The translations under genes and the position numbers were made by a program. 39,612 nucleotides of DNA, from the IMG/VR virus record IMGVR_UViG_3300020716_000017, positions 1 through 39,612 of that record. One strand, written 5' to 3'. The DNA comes from a virus. Its lineage: Duplodnaviria > Caudoviricetes. Below the pieces are notes generated by a model. The model saw only the letters and a list, made by a program, of their open reading frames with translations, had not been told where the DNA came from and made no database searches. Shown piece by piece: positions 7,492 through 17,135 of this stretch (the first letter of the stretch is position 1; each line of letters begins with the position of its first letter).

Positions 7492-9837
7492 TTAGCCTGC
7501 GAGGGTCTTGAGGTAAACCACCATGTCACCGTGGTAGCCACCAAGGGTCGGGACACGCAGACGTTCGGGGAGCCAGTCAATCATGTCAATGGTGACGTTG
7601 GCCGTGTATGGACCTTCAACGTACTGAACCACTTGCTGAGACTGACGGATCGCTTCAAGGTATGCGTACTCTTGGTACGGGTCGTAGTAACGAATCGTGC
7701 CATCTACTTCCATTGGTTCGTACAGGTTGAGAACAGCCGAGATCATCACGCCTGATGGGATACCTGGCAGAGCCTTGAGAACCCAACGGTTGAGCGTAGG
7801 GCTGACACGGTAGTTATTTGTCCCGCCTGACTTGCCGGCGTACATCGTGGTCGTGACTCGATACTGCTCACCGAACTGCTGCGTTGGGAAGCTGACGGAT
7901 GCCTTCTGGTTGGAGCCGTAGTAGCGCCCAAGGTCAAGCGTGGCCCCGTTGTCAGTGTTCACCGTGAAGTCAACCGAACTTGAGTTGGCGGTGGTGCCGA
8001 TGTTGGCAATGTTGAAGTCAAGAGCAATAGCGTTCTTGTTGTCGGGGATGCCGTAGGTGATGAGGCCCGAGTCAATGGTTCCCGAGGTCACACAGTTGTT
8101 GGGGTCGCCGGTGTAGATGGATGGCTTGGTGGCGTTAGCCCCTGCGGTCGGGGTGATGGAGATGCACGGTGAGTTGGTGATCGGGTCCCATGTGATCCAT
8201 GAGATGTTGCCCTGTCCACTAATCATCAGGTCCGATGCGTAGGCAGGAGCAAGGTTGTCAATGAAGGTGGTGAGGTCCAACCTTCCAAGACCAGTTGATC
8301 CACTGTCGTAGTTGTTCCATGCCCAATAGATGTAGCGGTCGTTGCCGACGATGGCCGTGACTGGCTGCGAAGGAATCTGCGTAACGTCAGGGATCAACGG
8401 TCCAGACTTCAAGTCACCTGACGCACCCGATGGGTCCAAACCGTTGAGTGTTTGCGTCATGCGGATACCCTTGTTGGTTCCGATGAAAATGTAGTTCAAG
8501 TAGCCACGCATAGCTGTCGGGTATTCGCCGGCGGGCAGAGGAAGCGCAACCACGGGTGAGGTCAGGTTGCCGATAGTTCCTGGCGATTGTGTGCTTGGGA
8601 TTGTGGTGCGGTAAATGTTTCCTTGTTCGGGAGCGCCACCACGGTCTGCGTAACCACCAAAGTAAATCTGTGTAGAACCACCGGCAAGACAAGTCCAAGT
8701 CCAGTAGGGGTTGGGGTGGGTGTAGATCCAGCCAAGTGCAGCCTTGTTCGCTGCGGTCGTGGCAAGGGCGTAGATCGGCGTGCCGATTGCGTGTGATGTT
8801 GCGGTTGTGCCGTTCTGTCCTCGGGCATTGACGTTGATAGAAGTAGCACCAACCGACGCTGCCGAAACTTTGATCTGTTCACCTTCAACTTGAATGATTT
8901 GGTTGTTTGTCAAAGCACTAGTCAAAGCGTCAACAGGGATAGTGGTTGCTGTGCTGTTGATGCCTGCCGAAAGATAGCCAACAGCAGTAGCAAGACCTGA
9001 TGCGTTGGAAAAGTCAAAGACGCTTGCACCGGAAGGGATGACAACGCTTGAACCATTGGTGTAAGACTGAGCGCCCGAGATGGTGACGATAAGTCGGCCA
9101 CCAGTGAATAAGACGTTACCCGTAAGGCTGCTGCCCGTAAGAGCCGTAAGGCTCCAAGTTGTCAACGTGGCTACACCATCAGCGTTACCGGCTGTGGTGA
9201 CGTACAACCCTGACGTTGTAAGAATCCAAACCTGCCAACCGTCGCCGTTCAAGTCAAGGACGGTTCCCGAAATGCCGGTGACGGTGGTGTAACTACCCCA
9301 AGCAGAACAGAACCGAACAGTGTTGTTGTCCGTGAAGTAAACGTACTTGCCTGCTCGAATAGCCTTGATGTAGGCGTTGGTGTTGGACGAGCTGTACTGG
9401 TTGATGACATCGGGAAGCAGCGTGACGTTCCATTGAGTCCACGGGTTGATTCCCTTGGAGCGGTAGTATCGCCCATCGTCGGAACCCTTGCGGTCAAAGT
9501 AAATCTGACCAGCGCCGACATTCCAGTTGCGGGCCTCACGCCTCCACAGACCTTCGGTTGAGACAGTCCCATCGTCTGCGATGTTGGTGAAGTGGAGCGA
9601 CTGACGCTGTGGTTGCAAGGACTTGTGACGGAAAGCCTCACGGCGGTACGGCTCAAACGAAGTGTCTACTGCGTAGGTGCGCCCTGCGATGCTGACAGGA
9701 AATCCGTTTTGCGGCGGGGCAGACGTAGATGCAAGCGAGGCAGCAGGGGTATTGAGCGTCAGGGCATCAACTTGAGTTCCATCGCTACGCAGCGGATAAG
9801 TAGATGCGTGGTAGCCCGTGGTGTAAGTAGCAGCCAT
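7492..9837 (-). CDS. Tail nozzle / tubular-B-like structural protein
   Basis: 781 aa beta-rich protein after the adaptor-like gene, in podovirus gene order. Confidence 0.6.
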   Translation of the reverse strand: MAATYTTGYHASTYPLRSDGTQVDALTLNTPAASLASTSAPPQNGFPVSIAGRTYAVDTSFEPYRREAFRHKSLQPQRQSLHFTNIADDGTVSTEGLWRREARNWNVGAGQIYFDRKGSDDGRYYRSKGINPWTQWNVTLLPDVINQYSSSNTNAYIKAIRAGKYVYFTDNNTVRFCSAWGSYTTVTGISGTVLDLNGDGWQVWILTTSGLYVTTAGNADGVATLTTWSLTALTGSSLTGNVLFTGGRLIVTISGAQSYTNGSSVVIPSGASVFDFSNASGLATAVGYLSAGINSTATTIPVDALTSALTNNQIIQVEGEQIKVSAASVGATSINVNARGQNGTTATSHAIGTPIYALATTAANKAALGWIYTHPNPYWTWTCLAGGSTQIYFGGYADRGGAPEQGNIYRTTIPSTQSPGTIGNLTSPVVALPLPAGEYPTAMRGYLNYIFIGTNKGIRMTQTLNGLDPSGASGDLKSGPLIPDVTQIPSQPVTAIVGNDRYIYWAWNNYDSGSTGLGRLDLTTFIDNLAPAYASDLMISGQGNISWITWDPITNSPCISITPTAGANATKPSIYTGDPNNCVTSGTIDSGLITYGIPDNKNAIALDFNIANIGTTANSSSVDFTVNTDNGATLDLGRYYGSNQKASVSFPTQQFGEQYRVTTTMYAGKSGGTNNYRVSPTLNRWVLKALPGIPSGVMISAVLNLYEPMEVDGTIRYYDPYQEYAYLEAIRQSQQVVQYVEGPYTANVTIDMIDWLPERLRVPTLGGYHGDMVVYLKTLAG

Positions 9838-10763
9838 TACCAGCCCTCGGTGCGAGTGTACTGACGCTGCAATCGAGCGGCTTCCTCAGAGATGCGCTGT
9901 TCGTAAGTCATCATCAACGCCTGCACAGAGTTGCTGACAGCAAGCGAGGGAACCTCGGGAGCCTTGCGAGGGTCGGGCTGCGACTCCATGAAGTTACGCT
10001 TGATCTCACGGGGGAGCGTAAGCTGGATCTCCACACCTAGCGGTGGGATGTCGGCCATCGTGGTCGTCATGCCAGTTGTTGTAATATCGGTGCCAAGGCA
10101 GGTTGGCTTGTTGTCGCTGCCAAGCGCAGTTAGGTCAAGCGGAACAAACGCTGCGCTGTACTGAACGTAGATCGGCTGACCTGGATACCCACCCTCGTAG
10201 AACACGATGCCCATGCCCGATGGGAAGGCAGAGTCACCGATGCTACGAAGCACCTTCCACTTGGCAATCTTGGGGTAGTTCCTTGTCGGGAACGGGATCT
10301 TGTGACGCACTTCCATGATGTCAATGAAGTTGTCGGCCTTAGCTTGCGTCAAGTCGTAACCCATGTAGACAGGGTTGTAGGTGATCGTCTGCATACCCAC
10401 ACGGAACAGTCCGTTGTCGGGTGATGACAACCGGTTGAGTTCGTCGTTTAGAGTAACGGCGATGTCAAACTTGGTGTACTTGGGCTGAATGTAGATCAAC
10501 GTGCCTGCATCGTGGGCAGCAGCGGTGGAGCCTTCGTAGCCACGGGCGACAGTCACCGAACCGTTGGACCAGCCAGTGACGTACATAACCTCAAGATCCA
10601 CCGAGATGATGGCACCTGCACGCATGGCTACCGAGTTCGCCGGCGTGACGTTGAAGGTTGTGGTGGTATTGTCAAGGGCGGCGGTAAGTTGAACGGTGGA
10701 GTCAATGGCCCCTGAGTAAACCCTGCGCCAAGACTTCTCGACCCAATCGTTGAACGTAGTCAT
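9837..10763 (-). CDS. Head-tail adaptor / tubular-A-like protein
   Basis: MTTFNDWVEK start, helical ends, inserted beta module, position. Confidence 0.55.
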   Translation of the reverse strand: MTTFNDWVEKSWRRVYSGAIDSTVQLTAALDNTTTTFNVTPANSVAMRAGAIISVDLEVMYVTGWSNGSVTVARGYEGSTAAAHDAGTLIYIQPKYTKFDIAVTLNDELNRLSSPDNGLFRVGMQTITYNPVYMGYDLTQAKADNFIDIMEVRHKIPFPTRNYPKIAKWKVLRSIGDSAFPSGMGIVFYEGGYPGQPIYVQYSAAFVPLDLTALGSDNKPTCLGTDITTTGMTTTMADIPPLGVEIQLTLPREIKRNFMESQPDPRKAPEVPSLAVSNSVQALMMTYEQRISEEAARLQRQYTRTEGW

Positions 10764-11962
10764 GCTGTTTCCTCATCCATGTAAAAGGGTCGGGGGGTTT
10801 CATACAGAGCCTTCTCGTAGGGGTCAAGGCACTTTGGATCAACAAAGCCTGCGTCGTACAGGACACGCTTTACATCGGCAGTAACCTTGTAGTCCTTGCC
10901 CTGTCGGAAGGACAACGATTCGCCGGCGATGGTGCAGGCAATAGGTTCGGTCACTCGCATTGAGAGGTGCGTCTGCGGGCACTCAATCCACTTGCCACGT
11001 TTGCCGCTTTTGGCTTCGGGAAGATGCTCGAGGATCTGTTGTGCTGCGATGTCCCAAGTGAACTTCTTGCGAATCTCCTTGGCTTTCTTCTCGGCACGGA
11101 TGGCGTGGGCCTGGTAGCTCTTGTAGACCACCTTGAGTTGCGCCAGAGCCTCGTCCTCGCTTGGCTCCCACCAATCGCCTGAGCGACCAACGATGTCAGT
11201 CTCGGCAGGTGTGAACCCACATGACACCTTCAAGCCGTACTCAGCGAACTCGGCATGTCCATGAGCGTTAGACAGGATCGTTGGCATACCCTGAGCAATG
11301 GTCTGATGAGGGATCATGCCCCAACCTTCGCCACGGGCCAGCCCAAGGTAGACGTGAGACTGTGCGTAAAGTTTGGCTTCATCTTCCTCGGACATCTCAT
11401 GGTCAAGCACAATGATGTCGCTGCGAGGGTAAGCCAAGTTGACGTTGCCCTTGATGATGAGTCGAGGGGCGGGGTGACTGTTCTTTCCGCACCACTCAGC
11501 GAATCGCTTGAACACCTTGATGGCGATGTCAATACCCTTGCGTCGGCCACCCTTGCCACCCGTGATGATGGTAAAGGGGTCCGACATAACGCGAGTCGTT
11601 ATGCTCCACCTGTCGTAATCACAGCCAAGGCAGAACTTTGTTGTGTTGTGGTTTACTTTGCCAAACATCAACAAATTCTGTTCCGATGGCACAAACACAT
11701 GGTCATAGAGCGGAACGGTGGTGAGATGTTCCATCGCCAGTTGAGTTGACTCCCACATGGTCAGCAAAGAAACGTGCTGTCCCTTAAACCATCCGTTAGG
11801 ACGTTGCGGTGGGGACATAAAGATAACGTGGCTCGCCGTGTCGTCCGGTGCGCCGTTGTGTACCACATGGACACCTGCACGTTCAAGGGCGCGTACCAGT
11901 TCAATGCTCATCCGTCCGTACCCCGTGGTGGGGGTCGGTGCATAGAACACTTGGAGCTTCAC
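10760..11962 (-). CDS. Glycosyltransferase family 4 (GT-B)
   Basis: TGYGRMS, TMWEST, VFVPS, RRKGID, RGEGWGMIPHQTIAQGMPTI motifs. Confidence 0.9.
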   Translation of the reverse strand: MKLQVFYAPTPTTGYGRMSIELVRALERAGVHVVHNGAPDDTASHVIFMSPPQRPNGWFKGQHVSLLTMWESTQLAMEHLTTVPLYDHVFVPSEQNLLMFGKVNHNTTKFCLGCDYDRWSITTRVMSDPFTIITGGKGGRRKGIDIAIKVFKRFAEWCGKNSHPAPRLIIKGNVNLAYPRSDIIVLDHEMSEEDEAKLYAQSHVYLGLARGEGWGMIPHQTIAQGMPTILSNAHGHAEFAEYGLKVSCGFTPAETDIVGRSGDWWEPSEDEALAQLKVVYKSYQAHAIRAEKKAKEIRKKFTWDIAAQQILEHLPEAKSGKRGKWIECPQTHLSMRVTEPIACTIAGESLSFRQGKDYKVTADVKRVLYDAGFVDPKCLDPYEKALYETPRPFYMDEETA

Positions 11963-12270
11963 TTAGCAAGTTCCTTTACGGTGCGCTCAACCTTGGTAGC
12001 CAGGGACTTGTTGCCGATCAACCGGCCTGTCTCAATTTCATGCTTGGTGGAAGCACGGTCCTGCATCTCTGCTGCACCCTTGAGTCGAGCAGGCTGGATG
12101 CCTTGCTCACGCATAGCCTTGAACGCATCCCTGTCACGGGTAAGGCGCTTCTCGGCGGCGTTGGTCTGAGCAGCCTGTGGGCGACGAGTGGGCATGGCAG
12201 ATGAGGCAAAGGAAATGGTTTGGATCTTGCACCCAAAGCAGCTTTCGCCCGAACAGTCGTGTGGCCTCAT
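11959..12270 (-). CDS. Hypothetical protein (HxC...CFGCK)
   Basis: ATGA-coupled start at 12270. Confidence 0.7.
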   Translation of the reverse strand: MRPHDCSGESCFGCKIQTISFASSAMPTRRPQAAQTNAAEKRLTRDRDAFKAMREQGIQPARLKGAAEMQDRASTKHEIETGRLIGNKSLATKVERTVKELAK

Positions 12271-12515
12271 GGAAGCGTGTTCCCTGCCTTGACGTTCAAA
12301 GCGTGGATTCCTGCAAGTCCTTTGGTTCCTGCTGCTGCGTTGCAAGCGCCGGCGAACTCAAGGTAAGGCGGAGCGGTGATGCCACTCTTGACGTTGATAG
12401 CGTGGACAAGCTCAAGATTGGTCGTGCCTGCCCATGCGTTTGCAGCACCCGCAGCCTCAAGGCCGGTCGTGCCTGCCAATTGATTTAGGACTCCTGCTAA
12501 TTCTTTGTATGGCAT
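12267..12515 (-). CDS. Hypothetical virion protein with internal repeats
   Basis: Repeating N-x-x-AGT-x-x-L units; GGAG RBS. Confidence 0.7.
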   Translation of the reverse strand: MPYKELAGVLNQLAGTTGLEAAGAANAWAGTTNLELVHAINVKSGITAPPYLEFAGACNAAAGTKGLAGIHALNVKAGNTLP

Positions 12516-12522
12516 AGTTCTC

Positions 12523-12960
12523 CTACAGCGCCGTGATCCAAGCCGAGTAACCCTTGCTTACAAGAAAGTCGTTCTCGGTTTGATTGATGGTGTGGATGTG
12601 TCCACCCTCATAGATGTATGAAACATGAGGGTTGAGGGCTTCGGTGTCTATTGTACCGTCCCAATTTGTGACATATGAAAATACGTTGAGCGAGTCGTTG
12701 ATAATCCACGGCAACGGAATGTTGGTGTTGGAGTTCTCGGCTGTCGGAGTATCTTGTACAACACTTCCGTCAGAAAGTACAAAGACGTTGACCCCTCGAT
12801 ACCTGCTTGCGTAGTGGCGCATGAGGGCGACTTGGATGCCTCTGGACTCTGGCAAGTAGGTGGGGATGTCCTTGACGTAGGGAGTCTGGAACTGAAACAG
12901 CGGTCCAGAGGTTTCTCCGCCACCTGAGAAGGTGCTTGCTCCGTAGGGTGATGCGTCCAT
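12523..12960 (-). CDS. Hypothetical structural protein
   Basis: 145 aa, coupled to fibre gene; C-terminal YEGGHIHTI...LVSKGY. Confidence 0.7.
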   Translation of the reverse strand: MDASPYGASTFSGGGETSGPLFQFQTPYVKDIPTYLPESRGIQVALMRHYASRYRGVNVFVLSDGSVVQDTPTAENSNTNIPLPWIINDSLNVFSYVTNWDGTIDTEALNPHVSYIYEGGHIHTINQTENDFLVSKGYSAWITAL

Positions 12961-15896
12961 TAGCCGCTCGTCATTGAAAGGTTGATCGGTGTCACACCTG
13001 TAGCAGTTGTAAGCGCCGTGAGGATCGTCTGAGCGATGACAGCGTGACCCCGTGAGTTCGGGTGAAGTCCATCGTTGGAAAAGTTCTGCGTGTTACCGGA
13101 TGCGCCACCCATCGCTGTGTCAATGTCAACAATGAACGCCTGAGTGTTGAGCGCCGGTTCCGTTGAGTTGCCTGATTGCGATGAGGTTGCCGTTCCTGCA
13201 ATGATCGCTGCGAGGTCGGTGTTCATGTTGGCAGCGTTGGTATTGGTCGTAGCACCTTGGTTGTAACCGCTGGTGTTGGTAATGCGTGCCGTGTTGAGAA
13301 CAGCTACCGGAGCGGAAAGGTCAGGGCTAAGCGTGTTGCTTGGCTCAATGCCGTAACCATAGAAGAAGAAAGCAGGGACCGATCCACCACCCATGCTTGT
13401 CAACGTGACAGTGATGGTGTGAGCACCAGCAGCAAGGCCGGTAAGACGCTTGACCATTGGCACGAAACCGAGCAAGGTGTAGCTCGTTCCGCTACCTGTC
13501 GGCGTGGCGCTCATTGTCGCTGTGGTGTTTGTTGCGCTAGGAAGCGTTGCCGTTTGCCCCTCGGTCGCAAGGTTGGAAATGTAAGTTCGAGCAGGGATGT
13601 TGGTCCCAACCACAAACTTGCCAAGGTCGTTAGGGTTGTTGAACGATCCCGAACCAATAGTCAACGTAGCGTTGGCCGATGAGTACGTCCCCGAGGTAGG
13701 TCCGTAGACACCCTGAACTGTGGATGCGTTGTTTGTGTTGATCGTGCATGATCCGCTTGGGGGTGTTGATCCGTCAATTGTGATCGTTGCTGCACCACCG
13801 TTGTTTGCTCCTGCGAGAGCAAGGAAGAACAAGTCAATGGTTCCACCTTCAAATGCGGCAGGGATCTGAATGGTGATCGTTGGAGGGGTTGCGCCGACAG
13901 CACCTGAAAACATCTTGACAGCGCCGTTTTGAACGTAGGCACTTGAACCCATTGAAGCGGGGTTGAAGAACTGGCCTGCTGCCGGTTGCGTGTGGGTTGC
14001 CCACGTTGCGCCCGAGCCGTTGCCTGCGACGTAACCAATGTTGCCCTGAGTGGCACCCGCCATGTACGCACAACTAGCGTTGGCAATGACCGCACGTTGA
14101 GTTTCCTTGATGGCGTTGCGGTCGTAGGAGGCGCTGCCTGCGTCGTTGATGCCCCAATTCAGAATGATAAGTCCGTTGCTGACAAGAGTTTCGTAGCCAC
14201 CGGAAGTGACCTTGGAGTAACCCTGAGAGTTGGCAGGGATGTTGGCGCTGACAGCGGACAGCGTAACGGTGGTTCCACCCTGCGTTCCCGAAACAGTTGC
14301 CGTTGCCGTGCCACCATTGCCAGTCCCGAAAACGTAGGTTCCTGATACTGCCTGAACCAAAGGATCGCAGGCTACGGTTCCACCCGAAGTAGTGACAGCA
14401 GCAAGAAGGTTGACTTCACCTGGCTTGCCGGTGTACGCAAAGTCAAAGCTGTTTGATCCTGCTGCGTAGTAGGACTGGCTTCGAGGTCGCCACGCAAACC
14501 AAGTAGCCCAACCGCCTTGGTACAAACCCGACTGAGAAAGCAGCGAACCAGCGACAGCCATGTTGCGGTACTTGGTGTTGTACCGGACGTAGACAAGACC
14601 ACCGGGGTCTGCAAGCCCCGTGCCAACGTGAGTTGACTTCCATTGCAAAAGTGATTGGCCGGGGACAACGGTTCCGGTGTTGGTGTAAACGTTGTTTGCA
14701 ATCGTGGCTGAGCCAGCGGTCCCACGGAAACCAAGCACAGGGCTTTGGTTTGCCCCAGCATAACCGACTTGCTGAAACGCAGCAATGTTGTTGAAGATTG
14801 AAGAATACAAAGTTGTGCCGGAAGAAGCCAAGTTGAAACTAGCAATAGGGTTTGCCGAGACAAGAAACGCAGGAACAACTTGAAGTTGATAAGTCCGGTA
14901 GTTGGTTGTTCCCGTGCCAGTGACGTTGGAAAGAGGAACGTAAGAAACATTGTCAATCCATGTTTCTTCGGGAACAAACCCAATGTTCGTGGTCGCGTCA
15001 ACTGCGGCGGTAGACGAAGGGACTGTGGCAGACAAGACGTTATTAGTTGCCGAACCAAGACCAAGAAGGTTGCGGATCAGAGAAGGCCAATACTTCTGGA
15101 AGTTGGTTGTTCCGTAACCGTTGTTGCCCGACATAAACGGGTCCGGGGGGGGCGAGTTGTAAGAGTGACCTGCAATCAGGATTCGACCGGGGCTTACACC
15201 GATGTTTGAAGAAGCCTGCGAACCTTGCGCTCCGGTAGCGCCGGTGGCTCCTTGTGCGCCTGTAGATCCCTGCGATCCGGTTGCTCCTTGTGCTCCAGTT
15301 GCGCCTTGGGCTCCTGTAGCGCCTTGAGCGCCTGTTGAGCCTTGGGCTCCCGTCGAACCCTGTGTTCCAACTGAACCTTGCAAACCAGTTGAGCCTTGAG
15401 CGCCAGTTGCGCCTTGATTACCCTGATAGCCCTGTGGTCCTTGGTTGCCGTTGAACCCTTGGTTTCCCTGCGGTCCTTGGTTTCCTTGGTTGCCCTGATT
15501 GCCTTGGTTGCCTTGGTTCCCCTGATTACCCTGTGGACCTTGTGAACCCTGTGCGCCTTGTGGCCCTGCGGTGATCTGAGAAATAATGTCAGCTACGTCA
15601 GCGACAGCCCAACCATGCGCCCAAGCGGTGTACTGAGGCCATGACTGAGCAATGGTGTTGTCGCCTCCACGGGTGATGGTGGCAGTAGAAGCGCCGGCAG
15701 CGTGGTTGGTGACGTAGACGTTTTCTGATGCGACGATGTTGCCGTGGTTGTCTACCGAGTAGAGGCAGACAAGAGCGATGTCCCCACCCGATACAACGCC
15801 CATTCGAGCGAGGCCGGTGGAAACGATGGTAGTAGACGAAACATCAAGTGCTTCGTTCAGTTCACCACGGACAGCATCAAAGCGGAGTCTTGCCAT
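12960..15896 (-). CDS. Collagen-like fibre protein with split SGNH/GDSL hydrolase domain
   Basis: 39 GXY triplets; SGNH blocks ILIAGHSY, NMAVAGS, ILNWGINDA, DGLHPNSRGH separated by beta-rich inserts. Confidence 0.85.
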   Translation of the reverse strand: MARLRFDAVRGELNEALDVSSTTIVSTGLARMGVVSGGDIALVCLYSVDNHGNIVASENVYVTNHAAGASTATITRGGDNTIAQSWPQYTAWAHGWAVADVADIISQITAGPQGAQGSQGPQGNQGNQGNQGNQGNQGNQGPQGNQGFNGNQGPQGYQGNQGATGAQGSTGLQGSVGTQGSTGAQGSTGAQGATGAQGATGAQGATGSQGSTGAQGATGATGAQGSQASSNIGVSPGRILIAGHSYNSPPPDPFMSGNNGYGTTNFQKYWPSLIRNLLGLGSATNNVLSATVPSSTAAVDATTNIGFVPEETWIDNVSYVPLSNVTGTGTTNYRTYQLQVVPAFLVSANPIASFNLASSGTTLYSSIFNNIAAFQQVGYAGANQSPVLGFRGTAGSATIANNVYTNTGTVVPGQSLLQWKSTHVGTGLADPGGLVYVRYNTKYRNMAVAGSLLSQSGLYQGGWATWFAWRPRSQSYYAAGSNSFDFAYTGKPGEVNLLAAVTTSGGTVACDPLVQAVSGTYVFGTGNGGTATATVSGTQGGTTVTLSAVSANIPANSQGYSKVTSGGYETLVSNGLIILNWGINDAGSASYDRNAIKETQRAVIANASCAYMAGATQGNIGYVAGNGSGATWATHTQPAAGQFFNPASMGSSAYVQNGAVKMFSGAVGATPPTITIQIPAAFEGGTIDLFFLALAGANNGGAATITIDGSTPPSGSCTINTNNASTVQGVYGPTSGTYSSANATLTIGSGSFNNPNDLGKFVVGTNIPARTYISNLATEGQTATLPSATNTTATMSATPTGSGTSYTLLGFVPMVKRLTGLAAGAHTITVTLTSMGGGSVPAFFFYGYGIEPSNTLSPDLSAPVAVLNTARITNTSGYNQGATTNTNAANMNTDLAAIIAGTATSSQSGNSTEPALNTQAFIVDIDTAMGGASGNTQNFSNDGLHPNSRGHAVIAQTILTALTTATGVTPINLSMTSG
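15216..15566 (-). repeat. Collagen (Gly-X-Y)39 coding repeat
   Basis: GPQ/GNQ block followed by GAT/GST/GAQ block. Confidence 0.95.
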
Positions 15897-16213
15897 CAGG
15901 CGGTAGCCTCAAAGTCAGCGGCCCCGAGAGTGTGGGACCAAGTGGTTCCAGCAGGCCAGTCTTGGGCGATAGACCCATCCTGTCCTCTGTTGATGAAAGC
16001 AACCTGCGAACCGGGGTCGTGCAGGATGACGTAGCAAACCTCGCCACGGATGATGTTGCCATCGGTGTCCTGTCCTGTGAGACAGATCATGGCGACATCG
16101 GGATCGGACACAGCACCCATACGGGAGAAGCCCGGAGAAGTGACCGAGTTATCCTTTGGCCCAATTCCCTGAGAGAGAACGCCTGCAACCGCGTTGAACC
16201 GCAAGCGGGCCAT
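15896..16213 (-). CDS. Stand-alone paralog of the fibre N-terminal domain
   Basis: MARLRFNAVAGVL...SRMGAVS...RGQDGSIAQDWP aligns with MARLRFDAVRGEL...ARMGVVS...RGGDNTIAQSWP. Confidence 0.85.
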   Translation of the reverse strand: MARLRFNAVAGVLSQGIGPKDNSVTSPGFSRMGAVSDPDVAMICLTGQDTDGNIIRGEVCYVILHDPGSQVAFINRGQDGSIAQDWPAGTTWSHTLGAADFEATA

Positions 16214-16221
16214 GTGGACTC

Positions 16222-16398
16222 CTACTGGTAAGGGTCGCCGCCAGGAGCGCCTTCGCCCTCAAGCTTGGGGTCTGCACCACCCATGAGGAACTGAGTACGA
16301 ATGTCCATCGGACGGAAGTTGATCTCGAACCTGCCAGCGCAAGCAGCGCAACCATCGGCGCAAGTGCCGTGGCAAGAATCAGTCTGTTCTTCCCTCAT
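16222..16398 (-). CDS. Small hypothetical protein (58 aa, Cys-rich)
   Basis: MREEQTDSCHGTCADGCAACAGRF..., ATGA overlap; below the ORF-track cutoff. Confidence 0.6.
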   Translation of the reverse strand: MREEQTDSCHGTCADGCAACAGRFEINFRPMDIRTQFLMGGADPKLEGEGAPGGDPYQ

Positions 16399-16661
16399 AC
16401 CTCACGCACCTTGAAGGGGAAGCCGTGAACCTCGTTTGGAGTCATAACCCCGTTGACCCACGAACCATGTGAGTCGGCTGAGACATCCTGAATGACGACA
16501 GGCTGCTTGAGGTTGGCATCGCCATCCACGACACGCAAGCGACCGGGACCGGGAGTCTCGTACTTGGCCGGCGAGGAAGGGGCGGAGAAGTCGTAGTTCA
16601 TGTGACCGCTCATGTCCTCCTTGGACATAACACGGGTTTCACCTACACGCTGCGGAGTCAT
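16395..16661 (-). CDS. Hypothetical protein
   Basis: Coupled by ATGA overlaps. Confidence 0.65.
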   Translation of the reverse strand: MTPQRVGETRVMSKEDMSGHMNYDFSAPSSPAKYETPGPGRLRVVDGDANLKQPVVIQDVSADSHGSWVNGVMTPNEVHGFPFKVREV

Positions 16662-16960
16662 CGGTTCATCTTGCCCTTCATAATGACCTTGCTACCCATC
16701 GAGGGGTCGCCAAGGTGCGAGCGAGTGGGGTTGGGGTCAATGTTGGCAGGCATCGTGATCTTGGTGAACTTGCCATCGTCTTTCATGTCAGTGCGACCAT
16801 CTGCGGCCATTGCACTGTCCATGTCGTGAGTCCCGATAGATGCTGCTTGGTTAGCCTTTGCACGGTCGGGGCGGTAGCCGGGAAGTGGTGTGCCGGGCTT
16901 GCCGGCGAACTCCATGCCACGCTTTTCACCGTTGCCGGTGGGAGAAGAAACGTAATCCAT
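16658..16960 (-). CDS. Hypothetical disordered protein
   Basis: AAGGAG RBS; G/P/M-rich. Confidence 0.7.
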   Translation of the reverse strand: MDYVSSPTGNGEKRGMEFAGKPGTPLPGYRPDRAKANQAASIGTHDMDSAMAADGRTDMKDDGKFTKITMPANIDPNPTRSHLGDPSMGSKVIMKGKMNR

Positions 16961-17103
16961 CAGGACTCCTTGTCGGTAGTTGAGGGAGCCACAGGCTTGC
17001 CAAGGTGATCGGTGTGCTTACCGCACTTGAGACACTGGTACTGATCAAAACCAGCCATGACATCAAATGCTCCACAGTGAGCGCAGTTACCTTGGAAGCC
17101 CAT
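16960..17103 (-). CDS. Small zinc-ribbon protein (47 aa)
   Basis: MGFQGNCAHCGAFDVMAGFDQYQCLKCGK; GGAGGGAG RBS. Confidence 0.65.
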   Translation of the reverse strand: MGFQGNCAHCGAFDVMAGFDQYQCLKCGKHTDHLGKPVAPSTTDKES

Positions 17104-17135
17104 GACTCCCTCCTTCTACCTAGTTGTTGTGACTA

